Shown here: piece after piece, positions 10,158 to 21,057 of the stretch
How the letters are laid out: every line of letters starts with the position of its first letter
How positions within the stretch are numbered: position 1 is the first letter of the stretch
Source: a gamma proteobacterium SCGC AAA168-P09
GTDB lineage: Bacteria; Pseudomonadota; Gammaproteobacteria; Magnimaribacterales; D2472
NCBI GenBank assembly: GCA_000385055.1
Contig: ARRL01000003.1
Coordinates: 59,460-123,459, forward strand
DNA length: 64,000 nt
Direction of reading: 5' to 3'
Program-made: the position numbers and the translations under genes
Notes under the pieces: generated by a model
What the model was told of the DNA's origin: nothing
Seen by the model: only the letters and a program-made list of their open reading frames with translations
Databases searched by the model: none

Positions 10158-10726
10158 TATTTATATGCTCCGTACAAATATATTTCACCTGATTGCTTTT
10201 TTGAAGCAGCAGGTTTAAAAGTTTGAACTATCTTGAAAGATAATTCCATTTTTTTTCGAAGATTCTTTAACATACTATTTTGGAAAGTCTTCATGATAAA
10301 TGAACCATTGGATTTATCTAAATATTCTACAGCAGTGTCTAATGTTAAACAGTTAAGCTCATATATATTTTCAATATCTACAGCATTTATACCAGTTATA
10401 TTGGGGGCTATATCACTAATTACAAGGCCAAAACTACCTTTTATACTATGTATTTGATCTATTTCATTAATTTGCTCAATGCTTTTAAGAAAAAAATGCA
10501 CTCCATCCAAAGGTTCCATATCCAATATATCAATTGCAAATATTTCTGATGAGGGTGATTTTTTTTTAACATACTGTGACCAACCTCCAGGAGCTGAGCC
10601 TAAATCTAAAATGTTTTGTTTCTTTTTTAAAACTTTAGTTTTTTGAATAATCTCATCAAGCTTGTAAACAGCTCTTGTTCTATAGCCTTCTTGTTTTGCT
10701 TTATTTGCCCAATTATCAGCATGCAT
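10157..10726 (-). CDS. rlmE: 23S rRNA (uridine2552-2'-O)-methyltransferase RlmE (FtsJ)
   Basis: 189 aa with [12 protein letters not shown] and the SAM-binding [13 protein letters not shown] motif. It lies directly upstream of ftsH, and its stop shares one base with the ftsH ATG. Confidence 0.92.
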   Translation of the reverse strand: MHADNWANKAKQEGYRTRAVYKLDEIIQKTKVLKKKQNILDLGSAPGGWSQYVKKKSPSSEIFAIDILDMEPLDGVHFFLKSIEQINEIDQIHSIKGSFGLVISDIAPNITGINAVDIENIYELNCLTLDTAVEYLDKSNGSFIMKTFQNSMLKNLRKKMELSFKIVQTFKPAASKKQSGEIYLYGAYK

Positions 10727-11202
10727 TAGATATGCTTTACTTCAACAATCTCATAGGTAAGTTTCCCCGAAGGTGTATCAATTGTGACCTCATCATCCAC
10801 AAATTTACCAACTAACCCCTTAGCAATAGGAGTCTCTATAGAAATCAATCCTTTTTCAGGATCAGATTCAAGGTTTCCAACAATCTTATAGACTAGTTCT
10901 TTGGAAGAACTCACTTCGTATAACTTAATAGTACAACCAAATACAACTCTACCTGTTTCTGGTATATCTTTTACATCAATGACTTGAGCGTTTGCTAGAG
11001 CGCTTTCTATTTCATTAATCTTGGCCTCCATGAGACCCTGTAACTCTTTAGCAGCATGATACTCAGCATTCTCTTTTAAATCTCCATGGGCTCTAGCCTC
11101 AGCTATGGCTTCAGAAATTTTTGGTCTTTCAACAAACTTTAGTTTTGAAAGTTCCTCTTTGATTGCAAGTTCACCTGCTTTTGTAATAGGAGTTCTATTC
11201 AT
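10726..11202 (-). CDS. greA: transcription elongation factor GreA
   Basis: 158 aa. It has the coiled-coil N-domain ([18 protein letters not shown]-like: [18 protein letters not shown]) and a GreA C-terminal domain. Confidence 0.95.
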   Translation of the reverse strand: MNRTPITKAGELAIKEELSKLKFVERPKISEAIAEARAHGDLKENAEYHAAKELQGLMEAKINEIESALANAQVIDVKDIPETGRVVFGCTIKLYEVSSSKELVYKIVGNLESDPEKGLISIETPIAKGLVGKFVDDEVTIDTPSGKLTYEIVEVKHI

Positions 11203-11231
11203 AGAACTATTATAGCAATTAAGATGGTTGG

Positions 11232-14200
11232 TTATGTATTTATTTCTTGGAGAGTTTTGTAGGTCCAGTCAGTCTCTTTGCTCTCTAAAGCTTGCATTAT
11301 TGCAAAGGCGCCAAACATGGTGGTGGTACAGAAGATCTTATTTTGTAAAGCTGTTCTTCTTATGGCTGCAGAATCTTGAATAGATTGCTTACCCTCAGTC
11401 GTATTGATAACAAGATCAATTTCATTATTCAAAAGACTATCTACAGTGTGAGGTCTACCTTCATTAACTTTATTTATTCTTCTTACATCATAATTCAATT
11501 CTTGGATATAGGATGCCGTTCCTCCAGTTGCAACTATATCAAACCCCCTCTCTATGATTATTGGAACTAATTTATTTAAATATTTCTTGTCGCTATCCTT
11601 TACACTTAAAAAAACAGTGCCTGATCTTGGCATACTCTTATTCGCTCCTTTTTGAGCCTTTGCATAAGCTTCACCAAAGTTTATACCTATACCCATGACC
11701 TCTCCTGTAGATTTCATCTCAGGTCCCAGAATTGGGTCAACAAGCGGAAATTTATCAAACGGCATAACCGCTTCTTTAACAAAAAACAAACCTTCGGGTA
11801 ATTTGCTACTAAAGTTCTGATCATTTAAGGACTTACCTATCATTGCTTTTGAGGCAACTTTTACCAAAGAATTTCCAATAGCCTTTGAAATAAAAGGCAC
11901 AGTTCTTGAGGCTCTTGGATTTACTTCAATAATATAAACATCATCATCCTTAACAGCAAATTGGATATTCATGAGACCAATGATGTCTAATTCTTTTCCT
12001 ATTTTTATCGATTGTTTAGAAATTTCATCTTGTATCTCACTCGAAAGAGTGTAAGGGGGTAATGAACATGCTGAATCTCCGGAATGAATTCCTGCTTGCT
12101 CTATATGCTGAAGGATACCACCTATTTCAATATTATCACCGTCAGATACAACATCAACATCTACTTCAATTGCATCAGTAAGATAACTATCTAACAGGAT
12201 TGGTTTACTATTTGAGACTTCTACAGCTTCTGTAAGGTATAACTCTAATTCATTTTTATTATGAACAAGTTGCATGGCTCTTCCGCCAAGAACATACGAA
12301 GGTCTAACAACTATTGGGAAACCGATATTATCAGCAGCAATCATTGCTTCAGAAATATTTTTTACAGTAGCATTTGCTGGTTGCTTAAGGTCCAGTTTGA
12401 TAATTAAATCTTGGAATCTCTCTCTATCCTCAGATCTATCTATTGCATCAACGTTTGTGCCAAGGATATTAACGCCCTGCTCTGACAGTATATCTGCAAG
12501 CTTAAGAGGGGTTTGACCACCAAATTGAATTATTACTCCTTCTGGCTTCTCAATATCAATGATATCTAGAATTTTTTCTGAGGTTATTGGTTCAAAATAT
12601 AATCTATTGGAAACATCGTAGTCTGTTGAAACAGTCTCAGGATTGCAATTAACCATTATTGATTCATAGCCCTCTTCCTGCATTGCCAAAGAAGCATGAA
12701 CACAGCAATAATCAAACTCTATACCTTGACCAATTCTATTTGGTCCACTTCCCAAAACAAGAATTTTTTTGTTATTTGATGGGTTACTCTCACACATGTC
12801 TCCATAAGTTGAATACATATAACAAGTTGAAGTAGCAAACTCAGCTGCACAAGTATCCACTCTTCTAAAAATAGGAAATACATCATGGGAAATCCTTAAA
12901 TTTCTGATATCAGTTTCACTTGATTGAGTAAGTTCGGCTAATCTTGAATCTGTAAAGCCTTTTTTCTTTAAGCTAAAAATATCATCTTTAGAAAATGTAT
13001 TTAATCTCTTATTTTGTATATTTTTCTCAAGATCTATAATTTCTTCAATTTGATCTAGGAACCAGTAATCAATTTTTGTTAGCTGATGTATTTTTTTAAG
13101 ACTCCATCCTGCTCTGATTGCATCAGAAACATAAAATAGTCTTTTAGGACCTGGGAAGGTTAATTCATACAATATTTCATCTTCATGATTTTCATACGGA
13201 GCTTCTATAACGGAATTAAGTCCATTTAAATCTTCTTCCATGCTAGATAATGCTTTTTGAAGAGACTCTTGGAAATTTGATCCAATTGCCATAACTTCAC
13301 CTACAGATTTCATTTGAGTGGTGAGCTTGGGATCTGCTTGGGGAAATTTTTCAAAAGCAAATTTTGGAATTTTTGTGACTATATAATCAATACTTGGTTC
13401 GAAAGAAGCTGGAGTTAATCCTCCAGTAATATCATTCTTAAGCTCATCAAGTGTATAGCCAACAGATAGTAGTGCGGCAACTTTGGCAATTGGAAATCCA
13501 GTTGCTTTAGATGCTAATGCAGACGACCTACTAACTCTTGGGTTCATCTCAATAACAACCATTTTTCCATTTTCAGGATTTATTGCAAATTGAACATTTG
13601 AGCCACCTGTGTCGACACCAATTTCTCTAAGGATTTTAAAAGAAGCATTTCTCATTACCTGATACTCTTTATCAGTAAGTGTTTGAGCAGGCGCTATGGT
13701 AATTGAATCTCCCGTGTGAACTCCCATAGGATCAAGGTTTTCTATAGAACAAACTATGATGCAGTTATCTTCGCAGTCTCTAACTACCTCCATCTCGAAT
13801 TCCTTCCAGCCAATCAATGACTCATCAATTAAAAGCTCATTAGTGGGAGATAGTTCAAGACCTTTTTTGCATATAGCTTCAAATTCATCAATATTGTAAG
13901 CAATACCCCCACCGGTTCCTCCCATTGTGAAAGACGGTCTAATAATGCATGGAAAACCAATACATTTTTGAACTTCAAATGCATCATCTATAGAATGGGC
14001 AATTCCTGAATTTGGTGTTTCAATGTCAATTGCTTGCATAGTCTCATCAAAAAGCTGTCTGTCTTCAGCCTTATCAATAGCCTCTCTGTTTGCTCCAATT
14101 AAAACAACTCCATGCTTTTTAAGAACTCCTTTTTTATCTAAAGATAGAGCTGTATTTAATGCTGTCTGTCCTCCCATAGTAGGCAATATTGCATCAGGCT

Positions 14201-14444
14201 TCTCTTTTTCAATAATTTTTTCAACTGACTCCCAGTGAATAGGTTCAATATAAGTAGCATCTGCCATTAACGGGTCTGTCATTATTGTGGCTGGGTTAGA
14301 ATTTACCAAAATAACTCTAAATCCTTCTTCTTTGAGAGCTTTACAAGCCTGTGCGCCTGAATAATCAAACTCACATGCTTGACCAATAATTATTGGACCA
14401 GCTCCAATAATTAATATTGAATTGATATCCTTACGTTTTGGCAT
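11232..14444 (-). CDS. carB: carbamoyl-phosphate synthase large subunit
   Basis: The true start is [30 protein letters not shown] at the ATG at 14444. The 48 extra codons in the ORF track overlap carA and are not CarB-like. It has duplicated ATP-grasp halves and a C-terminal MGS-like domain. Confidence 0.97.
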   Translation of the reverse strand: MPKRKDINSILIIGAGPIIIGQACEFDYSGAQACKALKEEGFRVILVNSNPATIMTDPLMADATYIEPIHWESVEKIIEKEKPDAILPTMGGQTALNTALSLDKKGVLKKHGVVLIGANREAIDKAEDRQLFDETMQAIDIETPNSGIAHSIDDAFEVQKCIGFPCIIRPSFTMGGTGGGIAYNIDEFEAICKKGLELSPTNELLIDESLIGWKEFEMEVVRDCEDNCIIVCSIENLDPMGVHTGDSITIAPAQTLTDKEYQVMRNASFKILREIGVDTGGSNVQFAINPENGKMVVIEMNPRVSRSSALASKATGFPIAKVAALLSVGYTLDELKNDITGGLTPASFEPSIDYIVTKIPKFAFEKFPQADPKLTTQMKSVGEVMAIGSNFQESLQKALSSMEEDLNGLNSVIEAPYENHEDEILYELTFPGPKRLFYVSDAIRAGWSLKKIHQLTKIDYWFLDQIEEIIDLEKNIQNKRLNTFSKDDIFSLKKKGFTDSRLAELTQSSETDIRNLRISHDVFPIFRRVDTCAAEFATSTCYMYSTYGDMCESNPSNNKKILVLGSGPNRIGQGIEFDYCCVHASLAMQEEGYESIMVNCNPETVSTDYDVSNRLYFEPITSEKILDIIDIEKPEGVIIQFGGQTPLKLADILSEQGVNILGTNVDAIDRSEDRERFQDLIIKLDLKQPANATVKNISEAMIAADNIGFPIVVRPSYVLGGRAMQLVHNKNELELYLTEAVEVSNSKPILLDSYLTDAIEVDVDVVSDGDNIEIGGILQHIEQAGIHSGDSACSLPPYTLSSEIQDEISKQSIKIGKELDIIGLMNIQFAVKDDDVYIIEVNPRASRTVPFISKAIGNSLVKVASKAMIGKSLNDQNFSSKLPEGLFFVKEAVMPFDKFPLVDPILGPEMKSTGEVMGIGINFGEAYAKAQKGANKSMPRSGTVFLSVKDSDKKYLNKLVPIIIERGFDIVATGGTASYIQELNYDVRRINKVNEGRPHTVDSLLNNEIDLVINTTEGKQSIQDSAAIRRTALQNKIFCTTTMFGAFAIMQALESKETDWTYKTLQEINT

Positions 14445-15552
14445 GCTCTTCCACCATAACTCTAAATTTATTGAATAACGTCTGAATTTCTTGAGGTCCT
14501 GGGCTTGCTTCTGGGTGCCCCTGGAAACTAAATGCAGGCGCGTCATTAAATTCAATGCCCTGCAACGAACCGTCAAATAAAGAAACATGTGACGGCCTTA
14601 TATTACTTGGCAAAGACTCCAAATCGACAGCAAAGCCATGATTTTGGCTTGTTATAAAAACTTCTTTTGTCGTTAGATCTTGTACGGGATGATTAGCACC
14701 ATGATGACCAAATTTCATTTTATAGGTTTTTGCCCCACCTGCTAGGGCTAGTAGCTGGTGACCAAGGCAAATACCAAATATTGGAATGCTTAATTCTAAG
14801 AATTTCTTAATATTTTTAATAGCATAATTACAAGGCTCTGGATCTCCAGGGCCATTTGAGAGGAAAATTCCATTTGGAGATAGCTCTAATATCTCTTCAA
14901 AAGATGTTTCTGCGTTTACAACATGAACAACTCCAACATGATCAGACAAAAGCCTAAGAATATTTGTTTTAATACCAAAATCATATGCAACTATTGATAG
15001 ATTGCTTGAAGAGGTATTATATTCAGGCCAAACTCCCTGATTCCATGTATAGTCTTTGTTAGCACTGACAACTTTAGCTAAATCAAGACCCTTTAATCCA
15101 GAAAAGTCTTGTGCTTTTTTGACTGCTTCTTCTTCTGTAATTTGAGACAAAGAAGCTATACAGCTGTTCATAGAACCTTTGTCCCTGAGAAGTGAAGTTA
15201 ATTTTCTTGTATTAATACCTGAAATTGCTATAACTTTTTGTTCGATTAGAAATTCTTCAAGAGTCTTAGAAGATCTCCAATTACTTGGTTTTTCACAAAA
15301 CTCATTTATTACTATTCCAGATGCATGAATTTGAGTTGATTCATTGTCATCATCATTTATTCCAGTATTGCCTATATGTGGGTGGGTGAAGGTAATAATT
15401 TGTTTTTTATATGATGGATCGGTAATTATTTCTTGATATCCAGTCATTGAAGTATTAAAAACAATCTCCCCTACCTCAATTTTTTCTTCACCATATCCAT
15501 CTCCATAGAATATACTCCCATCCTCAAGCGCTAGTATGGCAGGAAATGGCAT
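14431..15552 (-). CDS. carA: carbamoyl-phosphate synthase small (glutaminase) subunit
   Basis: About 373 aa with the catalytic GICLGHQ triad region. The ATG at 15552 is preceded by AAGAGG at 9-nt spacing, and the ORF track's start is a TTG one codon upstream. The 3' end overlaps carB by 14 nt. Confidence 0.96.
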   Translation of the reverse strand: MPFPAILALEDGSIFYGDGYGEEKIEVGEIVFNTSMTGYQEIITDPSYKKQIITFTHPHIGNTGINDDDNESTQIHASGIVINEFCEKPSNWRSSKTLEEFLIEQKVIAISGINTRKLTSLLRDKGSMNSCIASLSQITEEEAVKKAQDFSGLKGLDLAKVVSANKDYTWNQGVWPEYNTSSSNLSIVAYDFGIKTNILRLLSDHVGVVHVVNAETSFEEILELSPNGIFLSNGPGDPEPCNYAIKNIKKFLELSIPIFGICLGHQLLALAGGAKTYKMKFGHHGANHPVQDLTTKEVFITSQNHGFAVDLESLPSNIRPSHVSLFDGSLQGIEFNDAPAFSFQGHPEASPGPQEIQTLFNKFRVMVEEHAKT

Positions 15553-15706
15553 CAAGAATGACCTCTTGTGGGAGTACTTTTAAATAAATAAAAAAGGTTA
15601 CTATTTAAAGAAATTTTGGTTTTTAATGAGCTAAAATATCGTGCTGGCATTAAAATTGTACTTTATAGACTTAGTTGCCAACTGTCTATACTAAATGAAA
15701 AAAAAT

Positions 15707-16477
15707 ATGAAAATATCTATAAAAAATCAATCAGAAATTCAAAAAATGAGAATTGCAGGAAAACTTGCATCTGAAGTTTTAGAAATGATTGAGCCCTATG
15801 TTATTCCAGGGGTATCCACAGAAGAGCTCGACAGAAGGTGTTACGAACATATTGTAAATGTCCAGAAGGCTATTCCCGCAAACGTGGGCTACAGGGGTTT
15901 TCAAAAAACAATCTGTTCTAGTATTAATCAAGTTATATGTCATGGGATACCTGATACAAATAGAATTCTTAAAGAAGGCGATATATTAAACATCGATGTA
16001 ACAGTTATAAAAGATGGATGGCATGGTGATACATCAAAAATGTATATGGTGGGTAAATGCCAACCTCATAATCAGAGACTGGTAAAAGTTACCCAGGAAT
16101 GTCTTTACAAAGCTATAGAAGTTGTTGGGCCTGGAGCTTATCTTGGTGATATAGGTCATGCAATTCAGCAGCATGCTGAATCAAACTACTATAGTGTTGT
16201 TGAAGACTATTGTGGTCATGGTATTGGTAATGTATATCATGAAGAGCCACAAATACTTCACTATGGCAAACCTGGGAGAGGCCTCGAAATACTTGAAGGA
16301 ATGTGTTTCACAATTGAGCCAATGATTAATCAAGGCTCAAAATATTGCAAAACCTTACAAGATGGATGGACTGTAGAAACTAAAGATGGCAGAAATTCTG
16401 CGCAATGGGAACATACATTAGCTGTTACATCAAATGGAGTAGAAGTTCTTACGAAAAGACATGAAGAGTCTATATGA
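15707..16477 (+). CDS. map: type I methionine aminopeptidase
   Basis: MKISIKNQSEIQKMRIAG aligns residue for residue with E. coli MAISIKTPEDIEKMRVAG. An alternative ATG lies 4 codons upstream at 15695. Metal ligand motifs (HGIG, EPM) are present. Confidence 0.94.
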   Translation: MKISIKNQSEIQKMRIAGKLASEVLEMIEPYVIPGVSTEELDRRCYEHIVNVQKAIPANVGYRGFQKTICSSINQVICHGIPDTNRILKEGDILNIDVTVIKDGWHGDTSKMYMVGKCQPHNQRLVKVTQECLYKAIEVVGPGAYLGDIGHAIQQHAESNYYSVVEDYCGHGIGNVYHEEPQILHYGKPGRGLEILEGMCFTIEPMINQGSKYCKTLQDGWTVETKDGRNSAQWEHTLAVTSNGVEVLTKRHEESI

Positions 16478-18990
16478 CAAAAAGTAGCTCAAATATAAGT
16501 GAAAAATTCCTTAATAATTTTCCTGAAATATTTAACTCTCCTCAAAAAGTCAATTCCTATCTTATAGATCATTCGCAGAATGTTGAAAGAATTATTACTA
16601 AAGACTTTATTAATCTAAAGCTTGAAAATGATTTTGCTATTTATGCTAACGGTGGTTTTGGAAGACAAGAGCTTTATCCTTCATCTGATATAGATCTGTC
16701 GATTATTCAAAAGAATAAGAAAATTAAAGACTCCAGTAATTTAGAAAAATTTGTTGCTAAATTGTGGGATTTAGGTTTCCAGGTTGGTCACTCAGTTAGA
16801 ACCATTAAAGATATAAAGAAAATTGCCAAAGAAGATCCAAAAGAATTCACATCATATTTAACTAGAAGAGCTCTACTAACAGATAAAAAAACGGATGAAA
16901 GTATTAATCTAGCTTTAAATAATGTTTGGTCCAAGAAAAAGTTCTATAAATTAAAGCTTTCAGAGCAAGAGGAAAGATATAAGTCTTTTTTTTCAACAGA
17001 GTATAACCTGGAGCCAAATTTAAAAGAATCTCCGGGAGCTTTAAGAGACTTTCAAACATCATTATGGATTTTGCAACACTGTTTTAATCTTAAAGATATT
17101 AATGAAATAAAAAAATCTAAAGAATTTGGAAATGAAATCGAAGAAGTTCTCAATTCATACAACTTTGTTAAAGCGATGAGATATATCACAAATATTATTT
17201 CCAAGAGGAATAGACTTACCTTTGAGGTACAAGTGGAAATTGCAAATAAGGCTATGCTTAAAGAAGGAACAACAAAGAGATCTGTTGAAAAATTAATGCA
17301 AAAATTCTATGAAAATGCTTCAAACCTTTCAAATTTTAATAATCATGTTTTTGAGAAGTTTAAAGAACAAAATCAATTTGCAATTACAAAGAATCATGGA
17401 AATTTTTTTATACGGGGTAATAAAATTGGATTTAAAAAAAATATTAATCTTTCAAATAAGAAGGAGCTTATATTTGATATTTTTATAGCAATTGGAGCAA
17501 GTAAAAAAATTAATGCTATAGAAACATCAACGATGTCTCTTTTAAAAAACAACCTGAACTTGATAGATGCAGAGTTTAGGAATGACCTTAAATACTCATC
17601 AAAATTTCTTGAAATTTTAAAATCACAATACAACCTTTCTTCTATTTTAAAATCTATGAAAAGTATTGGCATAATTCAAAAATATATACCAGAGTTTGAA
17701 GAAGTTGTTGGTCAGATGCAATTTGATTTATTTCATGTGTACACAGTAGATGAGCATACATTTAAAGTAGTTAGAAATATGCGGCAAATGCATATTCATT
17801 ATGCAGAAGAGTTCAAGCTTGAGCATGAATTAATCAACAAGCTACCCAAAATAGAGATTCTATATTTGGCCGGTCTTTTTCATGACTTAGGAAAAGGTAA
17901 AGGTGGAGATCACTCAAAAATTGGAGCCAAGACAAGCCTTCAATTTGCAAAAAAAATAGGCCTTTCAAGGGCTGACGCAGATCTTATCTCATGGCTTGTA
18001 TTAAATCATCTTGAAATGTCATCAATTTCTCAAAAAAAAGATATATCCGACCCAGATACCATTAATACCTTTGCAGAACTTGTTATAACCACTGAAAGAC
18101 TTGATTATCTTTACCTTTTAACAATTAATGATATCAGAGCAACAAACCCTGCTCTATGGAATGGTTGGAAACATGGACTGTTAAGAGATTTATTTTTATT
18201 AACAAGATCAAAACTTAACAAAGAGCCTTTAAAAACCATTAAAGAAATTTCTAAGGATAGAAAAAATAATTTAGTTAAGAACTATACAGATTTAAATGAA
18301 AAAAAAGAGATTCAAAATTATTTGAAATTATTTGATGATGCATATTTTTCAAAGAATAATTTAGAAAGATTAAGCTGGCAAAGTGATCTTATTCTTAAAG
18401 CAGACATGAGCTCTTCAGTAATTGGATGCAGAAAATGCTTTGGAAACTTATTAGAGATTTTTATTAAAACAGATAATTTTGATGGGTTATTTTTAAAGCT
18501 AGTAGAAGTCTTAGAGATTTCAGGGCTTGAAATAATAGATGCAAATATATCAACAAGTTCAAATAAAGCTTTAGCGGCAAATACATTTATTGCTAAGTTT
18601 TCTCACCATGATAGAGGTCTTAGCAAATCTGAAGTTAAAGACCTTCAAATAAAAATTAATAACAATTTCCATAACTTTTCTACACAAAAGAAAAAAGTCC
18701 ATAGAAAAAAGAAAAACATCGATACTTTTAATAAAAACATTAATATTACAAATATTGAAGAGGCGTCAAAGAAAAGGAACTTTTTAACAATTGAAACCTC
18801 AGATAGCCCAGGGTTACTTATAAAAATTGCGAAGGTTCTTCATGAAAATGGAACTTCTATTTATTCAGCAAGAATTAATACACTTGGAGATAGGGTTGAA
18901 GATACATTCGAAATTGAGGATATGACACTCTCTTCTGTTTCTAAGAATAAAATTGAAAAAATAAGTAATAGTCTCAAAGAAACCATATAA
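16474..18990 (+). CDS. glnD: bifunctional [protein-PII] uridylyltransferase / uridylyl-removing enzyme GlnD
   Basis: 838 aa. It has the nucleotidyltransferase motif GGFGRQELYPSSDIDL, an HD domain (HVYTVDEHT .. HDLGKG) and two C-terminal ACT-like segments. The map-glnD-dapD order is conserved. Confidence 0.92.
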   Translation: MTKSSSNISEKFLNNFPEIFNSPQKVNSYLIDHSQNVERIITKDFINLKLENDFAIYANGGFGRQELYPSSDIDLSIIQKNKKIKDSSNLEKFVAKLWDLGFQVGHSVRTIKDIKKIAKEDPKEFTSYLTRRALLTDKKTDESINLALNNVWSKKKFYKLKLSEQEERYKSFFSTEYNLEPNLKESPGALRDFQTSLWILQHCFNLKDINEIKKSKEFGNEIEEVLNSYNFVKAMRYITNIISKRNRLTFEVQVEIANKAMLKEGTTKRSVEKLMQKFYENASNLSNFNNHVFEKFKEQNQFAITKNHGNFFIRGNKIGFKKNINLSNKKELIFDIFIAIGASKKINAIETSTMSLLKNNLNLIDAEFRNDLKYSSKFLEILKSQYNLSSILKSMKSIGIIQKYIPEFEEVVGQMQFDLFHVYTVDEHTFKVVRNMRQMHIHYAEEFKLEHELINKLPKIEILYLAGLFHDLGKGKGGDHSKIGAKTSLQFAKKIGLSRADADLISWLVLNHLEMSSISQKKDISDPDTINTFAELVITTERLDYLYLLTINDIRATNPALWNGWKHGLLRDLFLLTRSKLNKEPLKTIKEISKDRKNNLVKNYTDLNEKKEIQNYLKLFDDAYFSKNNLERLSWQSDLILKADMSSSVIGCRKCFGNLLEIFIKTDNFDGLFLKLVEVLEISGLEIIDANISTSSNKALAANTFIAKFSHHDRGLSKSEVKDLQIKINNNFHNFSTQKKKVHRKKKNIDTFNKNINITNIEEASKKRNFLTIETSDSPGLLIKIAKVLHENGTSIYSARINTLGDRVEDTFEIEDMTLSSVSKNKIEKISNSLKETI

Positions 18991-19019
18991 ATAAAATTTA
19001 TGTTCACTATAATACTCAC

Positions 19020-19934
19020 ATGAACATTAAAGCTATTGGTCTTATAAGCAAATCCGCTAATGGGGATATTCTTGATGTCTTTTTTCCTGTCATTAATTTT
19101 AATGGAGAAAAAACTGAAATAGACAATATAGATAATATCGAGTCAAGTAAAGAAATTATAGAATTATCTTGGAACCAGGATAATCTTGATGAGCCAATAA
19201 ATGGTGTTGTTTCTGCCTATCTAAAGCTTCATTTACTGTCCTATAAATTTGTTAAGCCTAACTCTATAAACCTTGATGGACTTTTTAGCTCCCTTCCAAA
19301 TATTGCATGGACCAATCAGGGGCCTGTTTCTCTAGATGAGATTGATGAAAAGTTATTAGAATCAAAAAATAGTTCTAATAATTTGTACATAAGGTCATTA
19401 GATAAGTTTCCATGCCTTACAGATTACATTATTCCAAAAAACGTGAGGATCGCAGATGCCTCGAGAGTAAGACTTGGAGCTTATTTAAGTTCTGGGACAA
19501 CTGTAATGCATGAAGGTTTTGTTAATTTTAACGCTGGTACTTTAGGCAAGGCAATGATTGAAGGGAGAATATCTGCTGGAGTTGTCATTGGAGATAATTC
19601 TGATTTGGGTGGAGGTTGCAGCACTATGGGTACTCTCTCTGGTGGCAATGACATAAAAATTTCTGTTGGAAAAAACTGTCTACTTGGAGCAAACTCAGGT
19701 ATTGGAATACCCTTAGGTGATAACTGCACTGTTGAAGCAGGCTTGTATATAACTAGTGGAACAAAAATTCAACTTCATGATACTGAAGGAAACCCTACGA
19801 TTATTAAAAAAGGATTAGAACTCGCTAATTCATCTGATTTAGTTTTCCTTAGAAACTCTATAAATGGAATGGTTGTTGCAAAGCCAAATAAAAAATCAAT
19901 ACAATTAAATACGCAGCTACATACAAATGATTGA
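19020..19934 (+). CDS. dapD: 2,3,4,5-tetrahydropyridine-2,6-dicarboxylate N-succinyltransferase (long, Pseudomonas-type DapD)
   Basis: 304 aa. The hexapeptide-repeat C-half VRLGAYLSSGTTVMHEGFVNFNAGTLGKAMIEGRIS..GDNSDLGGGCSTMGTLSGG matches long-form DapD. Confidence 0.88.
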   Translation: MNIKAIGLISKSANGDILDVFFPVINFNGEKTEIDNIDNIESSKEIIELSWNQDNLDEPINGVVSAYLKLHLLSYKFVKPNSINLDGLFSSLPNIAWTNQGPVSLDEIDEKLLESKNSSNNLYIRSLDKFPCLTDYIIPKNVRIADASRVRLGAYLSSGTTVMHEGFVNFNAGTLGKAMIEGRISAGVVIGDNSDLGGGCSTMGTLSGGNDIKISVGKNCLLGANSGIGIPLGDNCTVEAGLYITSGTKIQLHDTEGNPTIIKKGLELANSSDLVFLRNSINGMVVAKPNKKSIQLNTQLHTND

Positions 19935-21057
19935 ATTTCTTCAAAAACTTATAAAAATTCAGTCTTTATCACCAAGAGATGAGGGTTGTTTTGATTTAAT
20001 TGAAGAAAAATTGGTCAAGCTAGATTTTAAATGCGAAAGAATTAATTATGCCAATGTAGAGAATCTTTATGCTACTTATGGAAACAAAGGTAAACTTTTT
20101 TGTTTTCTCGGACATACTGATGTAGTACCCACTGGTCCGGAAGAACAATGGACCTACCCTCCTTTCTCAGCCCAGATTGATGGCGATTTATTATATGGTA
20201 GGGGTACGGCTGATATGAAGGCTTCAATTGCTGCTTTCCTTCAATCTCTTGAAGAATTTTTTGAAACTAGTCCAGAGCTTAATTACAGAATTGCTATATT
20301 GCTTACATCAAATGAAGAAGGTGATGCAGTAGATGGTTTTATAGATAAGATAGTTGACGACATGATTGAGAATGATGAAAAAATTGATTTATGTCTTGTC
20401 GGAGAGCCCACCTCTTATGAAAAGATCGGAGATAGTATCAGAATTGGAAGAAGAGGATCATTAGGGGGCTCTCTTAAAATAATTGGAAAACAGGGGCACA
20501 TTGCGTATCCAGAAAATGTAGATAATCCAATATTCTCTGCTAGCGATGTTATTGTTAAATTAAAAAATACTATCTGGGACAATGGAAATGCAATTTTTCA
20601 GCCTACAAGCTTCCAAATATCAAATATTCATTCAGGAACTGGAGCAAAAAATGTCGTACCAGGAGATTTGGATATGTTTTTTAATTTCAGATATTCAACT
20701 GAGTCAACTCAAGAAACTTTAATTAACGAATTTGAATCTATATTAAATGAGTTGAATATTAATTATGAAATTGATTGGAAATTATCTGGATTACCTTATT
20801 TAACTAAAGAAGATAATTTAAAGGATGTCGTAGTTCAATCAATTCAAGATGTAACTGGATATACTCCCGATCTTAACGCTAAAGGCGGAACTTCTGACGG
20901 GCGTTTTATTGCAAAAATGGGAACTGAGATTGTTGAGTTAGGGCCACTAAATGAAACAATTCATCAAATTGATGAGCACATAAAAATATCTGAACTATGG
21001 ACTTTAAAGGATATCTATAAAGATATCTTTAAAGGTTTAAATTCAAAATTATCTTAA
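19927..21057 (+). CDS. dapE: succinyl-diaminopimelate desuccinylase (M20 peptidase)
   Basis: 376 aa. It has GHTDVVP, GRGTADMK and the NEEGDA metal ligands. It overlaps dapD by 8 nt. Confidence 0.92.
   Translation: MIEFLQKLIKIQSLSPRDEGCFDLIEEKLVKLDFKCERINYANVENLYATYGNKGKLFCFLGHTDVVPTGPEEQWTYPPFSAQIDGDLLYGRGTADMKASIAAFLQSLEEFFETSPELNYRIAILLTSNEEGDAVDGFIDKIVDDMIENDEKIDLCLVGEPTSYEKIGDSIRIGRRGSLGGSLKIIGKQGHIAYPENVDNPIFSASDVIVKLKNTIWDNGNAIFQPTSFQISNIHSGTGAKNVVPGDLDMFFNFRYSTESTQETLINEFESILNELNINYEIDWKLSGLPYLTKEDNLKDVVVQSIQDVTGYTPDLNAKGGTSDGRFIAKMGTEIVELGPLNETIHQIDEHIKISELWTLKDIYKDIFKGLNSKLS

Noticed and set aside
14445-14588. 48-codon N-terminal extension of carB in the ORF track. The analogous extensions are rimP 5542-5574, lptF 25153-25203, rpsB 53172-53207 and the hypothetical gene 61899-61970.
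   Set aside because: The extensions overlap upstream genes or leaders and lack homology to the respective families. Homologous N-termini begin at internal ATG or TTG codons with better context.
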